Source: an uncultured Gemmatimonadaceae bacterium (lineage in GTDB: Bacteria; Gemmatimonadota; Gemmatimonadetes; Gemmatimonadales; Gemmatimonadaceae). Taken from it: a stretch of DNA of 64,000 nucleotides. The notes below the pieces were generated by a model, which saw nothing but the letters and a program-made list of their open reading frames with translations, was not told where the DNA came from and made no database searches. A program made the position numbers and the translations under genes. Where the stretch lies: contig CAWBOC010000006.1 in NCBI GenBank assembly GCA_963790305.1, forward strand, positions 256,001 through 320,000, written 5' to 3'. The first letter of the stretch is position 1. Each line of letters begins with the position of its first letter. Of this stretch, positions 20,228 to 28,937 are shown one piece after another.

Positions 20228-20255
20228 TTGGACGCTTCCGCCCCACCGGTGTTAA
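20228..20255 (-). promoter_or_regulatory. Candidate autoregulatory ECF promoter
   Basis: TAAC-N16-CGTC just upstream of the ECF start, matching the typical ECF AAC/CGT layout. Confidence 0.5.
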
Positions 20256-20274
20256 GTGCGGATTCCAGGCGTCC

Positions 20275-20323
20275 TTGACTTCGCCCCCGCGCCCTGGGTA
20301 CGTTCACACCGAACGCTCGTTCG
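20275..20323 (+). promoter_or_regulatory. Sigma70 promoter plus TetR/PaaR-type operator
   Basis: TTGACT-N18-TACGTT (20275-20304), then palindrome CGAACG-CT-CGTTCG (20310-20323) at the expected transcription start. Confidence 0.7.
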
Positions 20324-20345
20324 ACACCCGGTTCCAGGGGGGCGG

Positions 20346-20972
20346 ATGGCTCACCAGCAGGCGCACGACGAGAAGCTCGACGCACTCCTGGCGGCCGCCG
20401 CCCGCGTCTTCGCCAAGCGCGGCTACCACGAAACGAGCATGCGCGACCTCGCCCGCGAATCGGGGGTCTCGCTCTCCGGCCTCTACTACTACGTCAAGAG
20501 CAAGGACGAGCTGCTCTTCCTGATCCAGGACCGCAGCTTCGCGGCTGTCCTCGCGAGCATGGAAGAGGCCACGGCCGGGATCGAGAACCCGGTCGAGCGC
20601 CTGGCCCGCTTCGTCGACAACCACCTCGACTATTTCGCGTCGCACATGGCAGAGATGAAGGTGCTGTCGCACGAGTCGGGTGCGCTTTCGGGAGAGATGC
20701 TCTCGCAGGTGAACGCCAAGAAGCGGGAGTATACGCGAGTCCTGATGGATATTCTCGCCGACGTCGAGCGGACCTGCGGCGCGGCGCACGTGAATCGCCG
20801 AATTGCGACCTACACGCTCTTCGGCATGATGAACTGGATCTACAACTGGTACGATCCTCTCGGCGATCTCAGTGTCGAGGTGTTGAGCCAGAGCATCTGC
20901 CGGCTCTTCCTCGGCGGGTATGTCGGGATGCCGGTGTCGGAGTCGGTTATGCCACACATGACGGCGGGATAG
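20346..20972 (+). CDS. TetR family regulator (PaaR/KstR2-like)
   Basis: AARVFAKRGYHETSMRDLA..SGLYYYVKSKDELL HTH; GMMNWIYNWYDP C-terminal motif. Confidence 0.9.
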   Translation: MAHQQAHDEKLDALLAAAARVFAKRGYHETSMRDLARESGVSLSGLYYYVKSKDELLFLIQDRSFAAVLASMEEATAGIENPVERLARFVDNHLDYFASHMAEMKVLSHESGALSGEMLSQVNAKKREYTRVLMDILADVERTCGAAHVNRRIATYTLFGMMNWIYNWYDPLGDLSVEVLSQSICRLFLGGYVGMPVSESVMPHMTAG

Positions 20973-21021
20973 CACTCAGCTCGTTCCCGCGCACGCAGCA
21001 GCTTTTCACCAGAGGAATCCC

Positions 21022-21837
21022 ATGGCCACAGCCACCATGACCGAGCGCGAAGCGACCACCCTCGTTCGGTACCGCAAGGAGGGGCACGTCGCGATCTTCG
21101 AGCTCGATGATCCGCCGGCCAACACGTACACGCACGAGATGATGCGCCAGCTCGACGACTGCATCCTCCGCGCGCGTTTCGATGGCGACATTCACGTGAT
21201 CATCCTGCGGGGTGCGGGCGAGAAGTTCTTCAGCGCCGGCGCCAACATCAAGATGCTCAACGAGGCCGATCCGACCTGGAAGTACTACTTCTGCCTCCAC
21301 GCCAACGAGACGTTGAGCCGCCTCGAGCAGACCCCCAAGCTGGTGATCGCGGCGCTCAACGGCCACTGCGTCGGCGGCGGGCTCGAGATCGCCATGGCGG
21401 CGGACATTCGCATCGCCCGCCAGGACGCGGGGAAGATCGGTTTGCCCGAAGTCAACCTTGGCGTGCTGCCGGGCACGGGCGGGACACAGCGTCTCGCGCG
21501 GCTCATTGGCAAGGCGAAGGCGATCGAGCTCATGGTGACAGGGCGCACCTTCTCCTTCGAGGAAGCCGAGAAGATGGGGCTGGTCAACGCCGTGCTGCCG
21601 AAGGAGGACTGGTGGGACAACGTCCTCCTCTACGCCCAGCAGTTCACGCTGCCGAACAAGGCGGCGATGGCGGTGGGTCACATCAAGCGGTCGGTGCAAT
21701 CGGGGCTCGAGATGGCGTTCGAGTATGGGCTGTCGCTCGAGCGTGAGCTGCAGAGCCAGCTCTTCAAGAGCAGCGACGCCAAGGAAGGCATCGGAGCCTA
21801 CGTCGAAAAGCGGCAGCCACGCTTTCAGGGCCGCTGA
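21022..21837 (+). CDS. Crotonase-family protein resembling the N-terminal catalytic domain of BoxC (epoxybenzoyl-CoA dihydrolase)
   Basis: FSAGANIKML...WKYYFCLHANET, GGGLE, LPEVNLGVLPGTGG; the GANI-x-ML/WK-xx-FC-xxx-NET pattern is BoxC-like (recalled). Confidence 0.75.
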   Translation: MATATMTEREATTLVRYRKEGHVAIFELDDPPANTYTHEMMRQLDDCILRARFDGDIHVIILRGAGEKFFSAGANIKMLNEADPTWKYYFCLHANETLSRLEQTPKLVIAALNGHCVGGGLEIAMAADIRIARQDAGKIGLPEVNLGVLPGTGGTQRLARLIGKAKAIELMVTGRTFSFEEAEKMGLVNAVLPKEDWWDNVLLYAQQFTLPNKAAMAVGHIKRSVQSGLEMAFEYGLSLERELQSQLFKSSDAKEGIGAYVEKRQPRFQGR

Positions 21838-21839
21838 CC

Positions 21840-23306
21840 ATGGGCGCCGGCGTCGCGACCGAGACGCTTCCCACGCGGCTGTTCATCAACGGTGAGCAGC
21901 TGGAAGCCGCGGAGGGTCGAACCCATGACGTGATCAATCCGGCGACGGAGGAAGTGATCGCCTCGGTCGCGGCCGCCGGCGAGGGGGACGTCGATCGTGC
22001 GGTTCGCAGCGCACGCGCCACGTTCGAGTCGGACAAATGGCGAAAGACGAGCGCGCGTCAACGAGGCGAAGCGGTCTACCGCCTCGGCGAGCTGATTCTC
22101 AAGAACAAGGACGAGCTTGCCCGCCTCGAGACGCTGAACAACGGCAAGCCCGTCTTCGAGTCGATGATCGACGTGCGTCTCGCTGCCGCCACATACAAAT
22201 ACTATGGCGGCTGGGCGGACAAGATCCACGGGGAGACGATCCCCGTGGACGGACCGTTCCTGAACTACACGTTGCGGGAGCCGTTAGGCGTCGTCGGAGC
22301 GATCGTTCCCTGGAACTTTCCGATTTCGCTGGCCGCGTGGAAGGTGGCACCGGCGCTCGCCTGCGGTAACACCGTCGTGTTGAAGCCCGCCGAGCTCACG
22401 CCGTTCACGGCGATTCGAATGGCGGAGCTCGCCATCGAGGCAGGATTGCCGCCGGGCGCCTTCAACTGCATTCCCGGTCCAGGCTCGGTCGCCGGTAACG
22501 CGCTCGTCACGCATTCCGACGTCGACAAGATCGCCTTCACGGGCAGTACCGAGGTCGGGAAGCAGATCATGCGGGACGCGGCGGGAACGGTAAAGAAGAT
22601 TTCGCTCGAGCTGGGCGGGAAATCGCCGAACATCGTTTACGCGGACGCCGATCTCGACGCCGCGGCTCGCGGCGCCCTGACGGGAATTTTCTACGGCAAG
22701 GGTGAGGTCTGCGCGGCGGGATCGCGACTGCTCGTCGAGGACAGCGCTGCCGAGGAGATGCGCACGCGCATTCTCGAGCGGGCGAAGAAGATGGTAGCAG
22801 GCGATCCCCTTGACCCGAAGACCCGCCTCGGCGCGCTCGTCTCGAAGAAGCAGATGGACCGCGTGCTCGGCTATATCGAAAGCGGCAAGTCCGAGGGCGC
22901 GACGCTGCTGAGCGGTGGCGCCCGCACACCCGTGAATGGCAAAGGGTACTTCGTGCAGCCGACGGTGTTCGAGGGCGTCGAGCGCGAGATGACGATCGCG
23001 CGCGAAGAAATCTTCGGTCCCGTGCTGGCGATGATGACGTTCAGCGACGGCATGACGGGCGCCACGGAGCTGGCGAACGCGACGATCTACGGGCTCGCCG
23101 CGGGAATCTGGACGCGCGACATCAAGAAGGCCCTGCGCACCGCGCGGGAAATCCGCGCAGGCACGGTGTGGATCAACACGTACAACATGTACGACGCGGC
23201 CTCCCCGTTCGGCGGGTTCAAGCAGTCGGGTTTCGGCCGCGACCTCGGCGTGCACGCGCTCGAGGGGTACATGCAGGTCAAGTCGGTGTGGGTAGATCTT
23301 TCATGA
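21840..23306 (+). CDS. NAD(P)-dependent aldehyde dehydrogenase
   Basis: PWNFP, KPAE, FTGSTEVG, LELGGKSP, catalytic Cys in GEVCAAG, EEIFGPV. Confidence 0.95.
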   Translation: MGAGVATETLPTRLFINGEQLEAAEGRTHDVINPATEEVIASVAAAGEGDVDRAVRSARATFESDKWRKTSARQRGEAVYRLGELILKNKDELARLETLNNGKPVFESMIDVRLAAATYKYYGGWADKIHGETIPVDGPFLNYTLREPLGVVGAIVPWNFPISLAAWKVAPALACGNTVVLKPAELTPFTAIRMAELAIEAGLPPGAFNCIPGPGSVAGNALVTHSDVDKIAFTGSTEVGKQIMRDAAGTVKKISLELGGKSPNIVYADADLDAAARGALTGIFYGKGEVCAAGSRLLVEDSAAEEMRTRILERAKKMVAGDPLDPKTRLGALVSKKQMDRVLGYIESGKSEGATLLSGGARTPVNGKGYFVQPTVFEGVEREMTIAREEIFGPVLAMMTFSDGMTGATELANATIYGLAAGIWTRDIKKALRTAREIRAGTVWINTYNMYDAASPFGGFKQSGFGRDLGVHALEGYMQVKSVWVDLS

Positions 23307-23394
23307 GAATGCGGAATGCGGAATGCGGAACACGAGTAAGACCCTCGCTGGTTCGACGGTCTTACGAGAATTCCGCATTCCGCATTCCGCATTC
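23307..23394. repeat. Heptamer-arm hairpin element, (GAATGCG)3 ... (CGCATTC)3
   Basis: Perfect 24-bp inverted arms at 23307-23330 and 23371-23394, enclosing an inner GTAAGACC/GGTCTTAC stem. Confidence 0.9.
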
Positions 23395-23401
23395 GTAAGC
23401 A

Positions 23402-24613
23402 ATGTCCGTTATGCGCGAAGACGTCTTCCTCATCGACGCCGTTCGCACGCCCATCGGTCGTCACGGTGGCGTGCTGGCGCGGATGCGGCCCGATGATCTT
23501 GCGGCGACGGCGATCGCTGAGCTCGTCAAGCGCAGCGGCGTGGAGCCGTCGAGCATCGACGACGTCATTCTTGGGTGCGCCAATCAGGCCGGCGAGGATA
23601 CGCGCAACGTGGCCCGCATGGCGCTGCTCCTCGCCGGGCTCCCGGTCGAAGTGCCGGGCCAAACGGTGAATCGACTGTGTGGCTCGGGGCTTCAGGCTCT
23701 CGCCAGCGCCTCCCAGGCGATTCGTGCGGGAGAAGGCGACGTCTTCATCGCCGGCGGCGTGGAGAGCATGTCGCGCGCGCCCTGGGTGATGCTCAAGCCC
23801 GAGGATGGGTTTTCGCGCACGCTGCCCGCCATGGCGGACACGACGATCGGGTGGCGTTTCGTCAATCCGAGAATGCCGCGCGAGTGGACGATCTCCCTGG
23901 GCGAAACAGCCGAGGAGGTCGCGCGCTGCTACGGGGTCACGCGCGAGGAGCAGGATGCCTTCGCCCACGAGAGCCAGCAGCGCACCAAGCGGGCGCTCGA
24001 GGAGGATCGCTTCCGGGATGAGCTCGTTCCCGTGGAGGTCGTCACCAGGAGCGGAAAGACGGTGGTCGAGCGCGATGAGCATCCGCGACCCGAGACGACA
24101 CTCGAGACGTTGCGTGGGATGCGACCGGCGTTCGTAAAAGAGGGTGGAACCGTCACCGCCGGCTCGTCGAGTGGAATCAACGACGGGGCCAGCGCCGCCC
24201 TCGTGATGTCCGCTGACGCCGCGAAGCAGCTTGGGCATAAGCCCCTCGCGCGGATTGTCGCCACCGCGGTGGCCGGCGTCGCACCGAACGTGATGGGCAT
24301 TGGACCCGTACCCGCCACACGTCGCGTCCTCGAACGCGCCGGTCTCACCATCGACGACATTGATCTCATCGAGCTCAACGAGGCCTTCGCATCGCAGGCG
24401 ATCGCGTGTATCCGTCAGCTCGGCGCCGACCCGGACCGTGTCAACGTCAACGGCGGGGCGATCGCGCTCGGGCATCCGTTAGGCGCCTCGGGGGCACGCA
24501 TCGTCACGACGCTCGCGCACGAGCTGCGGCGCCGGGAAAAGCGGTACGGCCTGGCGACGATGTGCATCGGGGTCGGTCAAGGCATTGCGACGGTGCTGGA
24601 GCGCGTCACGTGA
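23402..24613 (+). CDS. pcaF: 3-oxoadipyl-CoA thiolase-like acetyl-CoA C-acyltransferase (PcaF/PaaJ type)
   Basis: [53 protein letters not shown]. Confidence 0.88.
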   Translation: MSVMREDVFLIDAVRTPIGRHGGVLARMRPDDLAATAIAELVKRSGVEPSSIDDVILGCANQAGEDTRNVARMALLLAGLPVEVPGQTVNRLCGSGLQALASASQAIRAGEGDVFIAGGVESMSRAPWVMLKPEDGFSRTLPAMADTTIGWRFVNPRMPREWTISLGETAEEVARCYGVTREEQDAFAHESQQRTKRALEEDRFRDELVPVEVVTRSGKTVVERDEHPRPETTLETLRGMRPAFVKEGGTVTAGSSSGINDGASAALVMSADAAKQLGHKPLARIVATAVAGVAPNVMGIGPVPATRRVLERAGLTIDDIDLIELNEAFASQAIACIRQLGADPDRVNVNGGAIALGHPLGASGARIVTTLAHELRRREKRYGLATMCIGVGQGIATVLERVT

Positions 24614-25404
24614 CGTACGAACAGATCCTGCTCAATCGCTCGGAAGGCATCGGGACGCTCACGCTCAACCGGCCCGACAAGCTCAACGCGTTTGCCGGGC
24701 GGATGCGCCAGGAGATTGCCGACGGCCTCGATGAGCTGGAGAAGGATGATTCCGTTCGGGTGATCGTCATTACCGGCGCCGGCCGCGGATTTTGCGCCGG
24801 GGGCGACGTCACGTACATGGGCGAGCTCGTCGAGCGCCGCGATGTGGAGTCGATGGCCGCGCTCGTCGATGCTGGACGTCACGTCGTCATGACGATCCGA
24901 AACTCTCGCAAGCCAGTGATCGCGAGTGTCAACGGAGTCGCCGCGGGGGGCGGCGCAAATCTCGCCCTTGCCTGTGACCTCCGAATCGCCAGCGAGCTCG
25001 CGAGCCTCGGGCAAACGTTCAACCGCATCGGCCTGCATCCCGATTGGGGAGGCACCTACTTCCTGCCCCGACTCGTCGGGCCGGCGAAGGCACTCGAGCT
25101 GTTCTGGTTCGCCGACATGATCGATGCGCGGGAGTGCGAGCGCCTCGGCCTGTTCAACAAGGTGGTCCCACACGCATTGCTCGTCGATGCGACACGCGCA
25201 TGGGCGCGCACGCTCGCGAGCAAGCCGGGTCTCGCGATCGCCTTGGCGAAGCGTGCCGTGTATGACTCGCCCGATCGCACGCTGCCGCAGATGCTGGACT
25301 ACGAGCTCGACGCACAGCTTCGGTGCTTCGAGAGCGGAGACGCAGGCGAAGGAATCCGCGCCTTCAGCGAGAAGCGCGCGGCACAGTTCGGAGCAGCCCG
25401 TTAG
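24610..25404 (+). CDS. Enoyl-CoA isomerase, PaaG-like crotonase
   Basis: [17 protein letters not shown] (no catalytic Glu), GLHPDWGG (Asp). Confidence 0.8.
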   Translation: MTYEQILLNRSEGIGTLTLNRPDKLNAFAGRMRQEIADGLDELEKDDSVRVIVITGAGRGFCAGGDVTYMGELVERRDVESMAALVDAGRHVVMTIRNSRKPVIASVNGVAAGGGANLALACDLRIASELASLGQTFNRIGLHPDWGGTYFLPRLVGPAKALELFWFADMIDARECERLGLFNKVVPHALLVDATRAWARTLASKPGLAIALAKRAVYDSPDRTLPQMLDYELDAQLRCFESGDAGEGIRAFSEKRAAQFGAAR

Positions 25405-25425
25405 GACTTCAGGAGGATGTAACTC

Positions 25426-26592
25426 ATGGCAATGGCGAAGATTGGCAACTTTGACGACTGGATCGACCTGTTCAAGTTCTGGCAGGACGACATTGGTCTC
25501 CAGGTATCCGAGCTCAAGAACTACAAGTTCGACGTGAAGCTCGGCGAGCTCGAGGTGCCGGAGATCGAATTCGGCCACTACAAGGGGCAGCGGAAATGGC
25601 CGACGATCATGCACATCCCCGATCAGCGAATTCGAGATGCGCTGCAGAACCTGATCATCTTCCAGGGCGACACGGAGTTCGCCTCGGTGGAGCAGCAGCG
25701 TAGCCTGCTGCAGAATGCGCCGTCGGACTACGACCTGCTCTCGATCTATCGCGTGATGGCGGAGGAGATGCGCCACGGATGGCAGATGTCGTATCTCCTG
25801 GTGGCGCATTTCGGCGACGAGGGAAAGCGCGAGGCCGAGAAGCTGCTGGAGCGCCGCGCCGATGAGCACGAGCGGTTACTGGGCTCGTTCAACGAAGCGG
25901 TGGAGAACTGGCTCGACTTCTTCGCCTACACTCAGTTCATCGACCGCGACGGCAAGTATCAGCTGCAGATGCTCTCGACGTCGGCGTTCGCGCCGCTGTC
26001 CCGCTCGATGAAGCCGATGCTGAAGGAGGAGTCATTCCACCTCGGCACCGGGAACAACGGGTTGCTCCGCATCATCAAGGCGCGGCGGATCCCGACCGAT
26101 ATCATCCAGCGGTACCTGAACAAATGGGTGTCGACCGCGTTCGATCTCTTTGGCACCGACCAGTCATCGTCCGCCCAGTGGGCGTACGTCTGGGGACTGA
26201 AGGGACGGTTCGACGAGCGTACCAACGCGCAGCCTGCGGACGAGCGCAAGCTCAACGAGCACGCGCGCGAGCTGTATCGCCAGGAAGTGTCGGGACTGAT
26301 CGAGCGCCTGAACCAGCATATCCCCGCCGATCAGGTAAAGCTCAAGATCCCGAGCGAGAAGTTCAACCGGCGCATTGGCATCTGGAAAGGACAGACCTTC
26401 ACCGTCGATGGTGAGCCGATCGAGCGCGAGAAGTACAAGGAGTACGTCGCCTCGGTCACGCCGACGGCACAGGACCGCGCGTTCCTGGCCGACGTGTTCA
26501 AGGAGCGCGACTGGATCCTCGAGAAGAAGGTGGATGAGAAGGAGCGGGAGTGGCTCGCCGGGCCCTCCTCCGGAGGCGGCGCGGTGAATTGA
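25426..26592 (+). CDS. boxB: BoxB-like diiron aromatic-CoA epoxidase (ferritin-like, PaaA/BoxB family)
   Basis: QGDTEFASVEQQ, EEMRH, LLERR, DRDGKYQL, EESFH, GLKGRF; strong AGGAGG ribosome-binding site at 25411-25416. Confidence 0.85.
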   Translation: MAMAKIGNFDDWIDLFKFWQDDIGLQVSELKNYKFDVKLGELEVPEIEFGHYKGQRKWPTIMHIPDQRIRDALQNLIIFQGDTEFASVEQQRSLLQNAPSDYDLLSIYRVMAEEMRHGWQMSYLLVAHFGDEGKREAEKLLERRADEHERLLGSFNEAVENWLDFFAYTQFIDRDGKYQLQMLSTSAFAPLSRSMKPMLKEESFHLGTGNNGLLRIIKARRIPTDIIQRYLNKWVSTAFDLFGTDQSSSAQWAYVWGLKGRFDERTNAQPADERKLNEHARELYRQEVSGLIERLNQHIPADQVKLKIPSEKFNRRIGIWKGQTFTVDGEPIEREKYKEYVASVTPTAQDRAFLADVFKERDWILEKKVDEKEREWLAGPSSGGGAVN

Positions 26593-27297
26593 GCCGCTCC
26601 CCGGAGCTGATCGGCCATCGCGGCGCGCCGCGCGAGCGCCCGGAGAACACGCTTGCCTCGTTTCTCCGGGCGCTCGATTTGGGTGCGGACGCCGTCGAGC
26701 TCGATGTCCATGCGACGCGCGATGGCGTCGTCGTCGTGCATCACGATTTCGTTCCGCGAGCGGAGTCGAGCGTGGCCGCACTCGGCGGACGCCCAATAGC
26801 GGAGCTCACCGCGGCCGACCTCGGCACGTTTCAAGTGGCCGGGGAGCCGATCCCGACGCTTGCCAGCGTGCTCGAAGCGATTGGTGGGCGAGCAACGGTG
26901 TACGTCGAGATCAAGGGGCGGGACATTGAAGAGGCAGTCATTGCGACCATCGAGAGCGCTCCCTCCGCCGAGGCGGGTCGCGGTGCACTCATTCGATCAC
27001 CGCGCTGTGGTGCGCACCCGCACGATGCGGCCGGACCTTCCCTCGGGAATTCTGTCGGCGTCATATCTCATCGACCCACAGGGCGCGCTGCGCGCGGCGA
27101 AGGCGCGCGACTATTGGCAGGAAGGATCGATGGTCGATGAGGCGCTCGTCGACGCGATCCACGATGCCAAGGGGCGCGTGATCGCCTGGACCGTGAACGA
27201 CCCCGAGCGCGCGCGTCGCCTCGCATCGATTGGCGTCGACGGCATCTGCACCGATGTGCTGCAGGTCATAGGGCCCGCGCTCGCGAGCACATCGTGA
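26589..27297 (+). CDS. Glycerophosphodiester phosphodiesterase family protein; one frameshift near 26973
   Basis: GHRGA..PENT, VELDVHATRDG..HHD, VEIK, then second frame HSFD...AWTVND..GVDGICTD. Confidence 0.85.
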
Positions 27298-28158
27298 CCA
27301 TTCGTCGCATTGCCGTGATTGGGGCAGGCACGATGGGGCATGGTATCGCGTACGTCGCCTCGGCCGCGGGCTACGAGGTTCGCCTGGCCGACGCGGATGC
27401 GGCGACGCTCGCCACCGGGATGCGAGAGGATTCGCGAAGCGTTCGACAAGGCGATCGAGCGCGGAAAGGCGACGGCGGCCTCGCGAGACGAAGGGCTGAG
27501 ACGCCTCACGAGCGCCGGCAGCGCCGGCGAGGCTGCGCGGGACGCGGATCTCGTCATCGAGGCGGTGCCGGAGCGGCTCGAGCTCAAACAGTCGATCTTC
27601 CGGGAGCTCGAACGGTCGGTTTCCACCGAGGCGATCCTGGGCAGCAACACGTCGTCGCTCTCGATCACGCGGATTGCTGACGGTCTGGCGCACCCGGGGC
27701 GCGTGGTTGGCCTGCACTTCTTCAATCCCGTCCCGGTGATGAAGCTGCTCGAGATCGTCCGTGGGGAGCGCACGAGTGAGGGCGTCGTCGACAGCGCGCG
27801 GACCTTCGCGACCTCGCTTGGCAAGACAGCGATCCTCGTGCGCGATACTCCCGGATTCGCGACGAGCCGGCTCGGCGTCGTGCTGGGGCTCGAGGCCATT
27901 CGCATGCTCGAGCAGGGCGTCGCGTCGGCGGAGGACATTGACCGCGCGATGGAGCTGGGATACAATCATCCGATGGGACCGCTACGGCTGACCGACGTGG
28001 TCGGGCTCGATGTCCGTCTCGCGATCGCCGAGCATCTGTACGCGACACTGAAGGACGACACGTACAACCCCCCTGCCCTGCTTCGTCGCCTGGTGAGTGA
28101 AGGGAAGTTAGGCAAGAAGACGGGACGAGGATTCTACTCCTGGGAGAATGACCGATGA
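27294..28158 (+). CDS. 3-hydroxyacyl-CoA dehydrogenase; one frameshift near 27423
   Basis: VIGAGTMGHGIA, then IEAVPE, SNTSSLS, GLHFFNP, HPMGPL, GKLGKKTGRGFY. Confidence 0.9.
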
Positions 28159-28937
28159 CCGAACCGGAAGTCGTTCTTCTCGAGCAGCGTGGCCGCGTAG
28201 CGCTGGTAACGATGAATCGGCCGGAGAAGCGTAACGCGCTCGACGGTCAAATGCGGTGCGCGTTTCTCGGCGTCATGGATCGCGTTCGGCGCGACACGAA
28301 CACTCGGGCCGTCGTGGTCACCGGCGCCGGTGACAAGGCGTTCATCGCGGGCGCCGACATCAGCGAGTTCGAGGGGCGGTCACCCGTCGATCAATACCGC
28401 GTCATGCGCCTTCCCACCGTGTTCGACGCGATCGAGCGATTCCCGAAGCCGGTGATCGCCGCCGTGAACGGGTTCTGCCTTGGCGGCGGAATGGAGCTCG
28501 CACTCGCGTGCGACATTCGCCTCGCCTCGGCCAACGCCAAGTTCGGGCAACCGGAGGTCAACCTCGGCATCATCCCCGGCGGTGGTGGCACGCAGCGATT
28601 GCCCCGCATCATCGGGCTCGGTCACGCACTGCGACTGATCCTCACCGGCGACATGATCACGGCCGACGAGGCGCTGCGACTTGGGCTCGTGTCGGAGGCA
28701 GTTCCGGGCGACGTGCTACTCGACCGCGCGATCGCGATCGGCGAGCTGATCGCGTCGAAGAGTCCCGTGGCCGTTGCCGCCGCGAAGGAGGCGACGCGCG
28801 CGTCAATGAGCCTGCCGCTCGACGAAGGGCTGCGTCTCGAGACGGCGCTCTTCCAGCTCTGCTTCTCGAGTGAGGACAAGGCGGAAGGGGTGCGAGCGTT
28901 TCTGGAGAAGAGGGCGGCGAACTTCACGGGGCGATGA
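28155..28937 (+). CDS. Enoyl-CoA hydratase (PaaF/Crt type)
   Basis: AGADI, GGGMELA and QPEVNLG (both catalytic Glu present). Confidence 0.9.
   Translation: MTEPEVVLLEQRGRVALVTMNRPEKRNALDGQMRCAFLGVMDRVRRDTNTRAVVVTGAGDKAFIAGADISEFEGRSPVDQYRVMRLPTVFDAIERFPKPVIAAVNGFCLGGGMELALACDIRLASANAKFGQPEVNLGIIPGGGGTQRLPRIIGLGHALRLILTGDMITADEALRLGLVSEAVPGDVLLDRAIAIGELIASKSPVAVAAAKEATRASMSLPLDEGLRLETALFQLCFSSEDKAEGVRAFLEKRAANFTGR

Noticed and set aside
25426..26592. Annotation as a phenylacetyl-CoA epoxidase (Paa) subunit
   Set aside because: The motifs are BoxB-type and no paaB/C/D/E partners are present.
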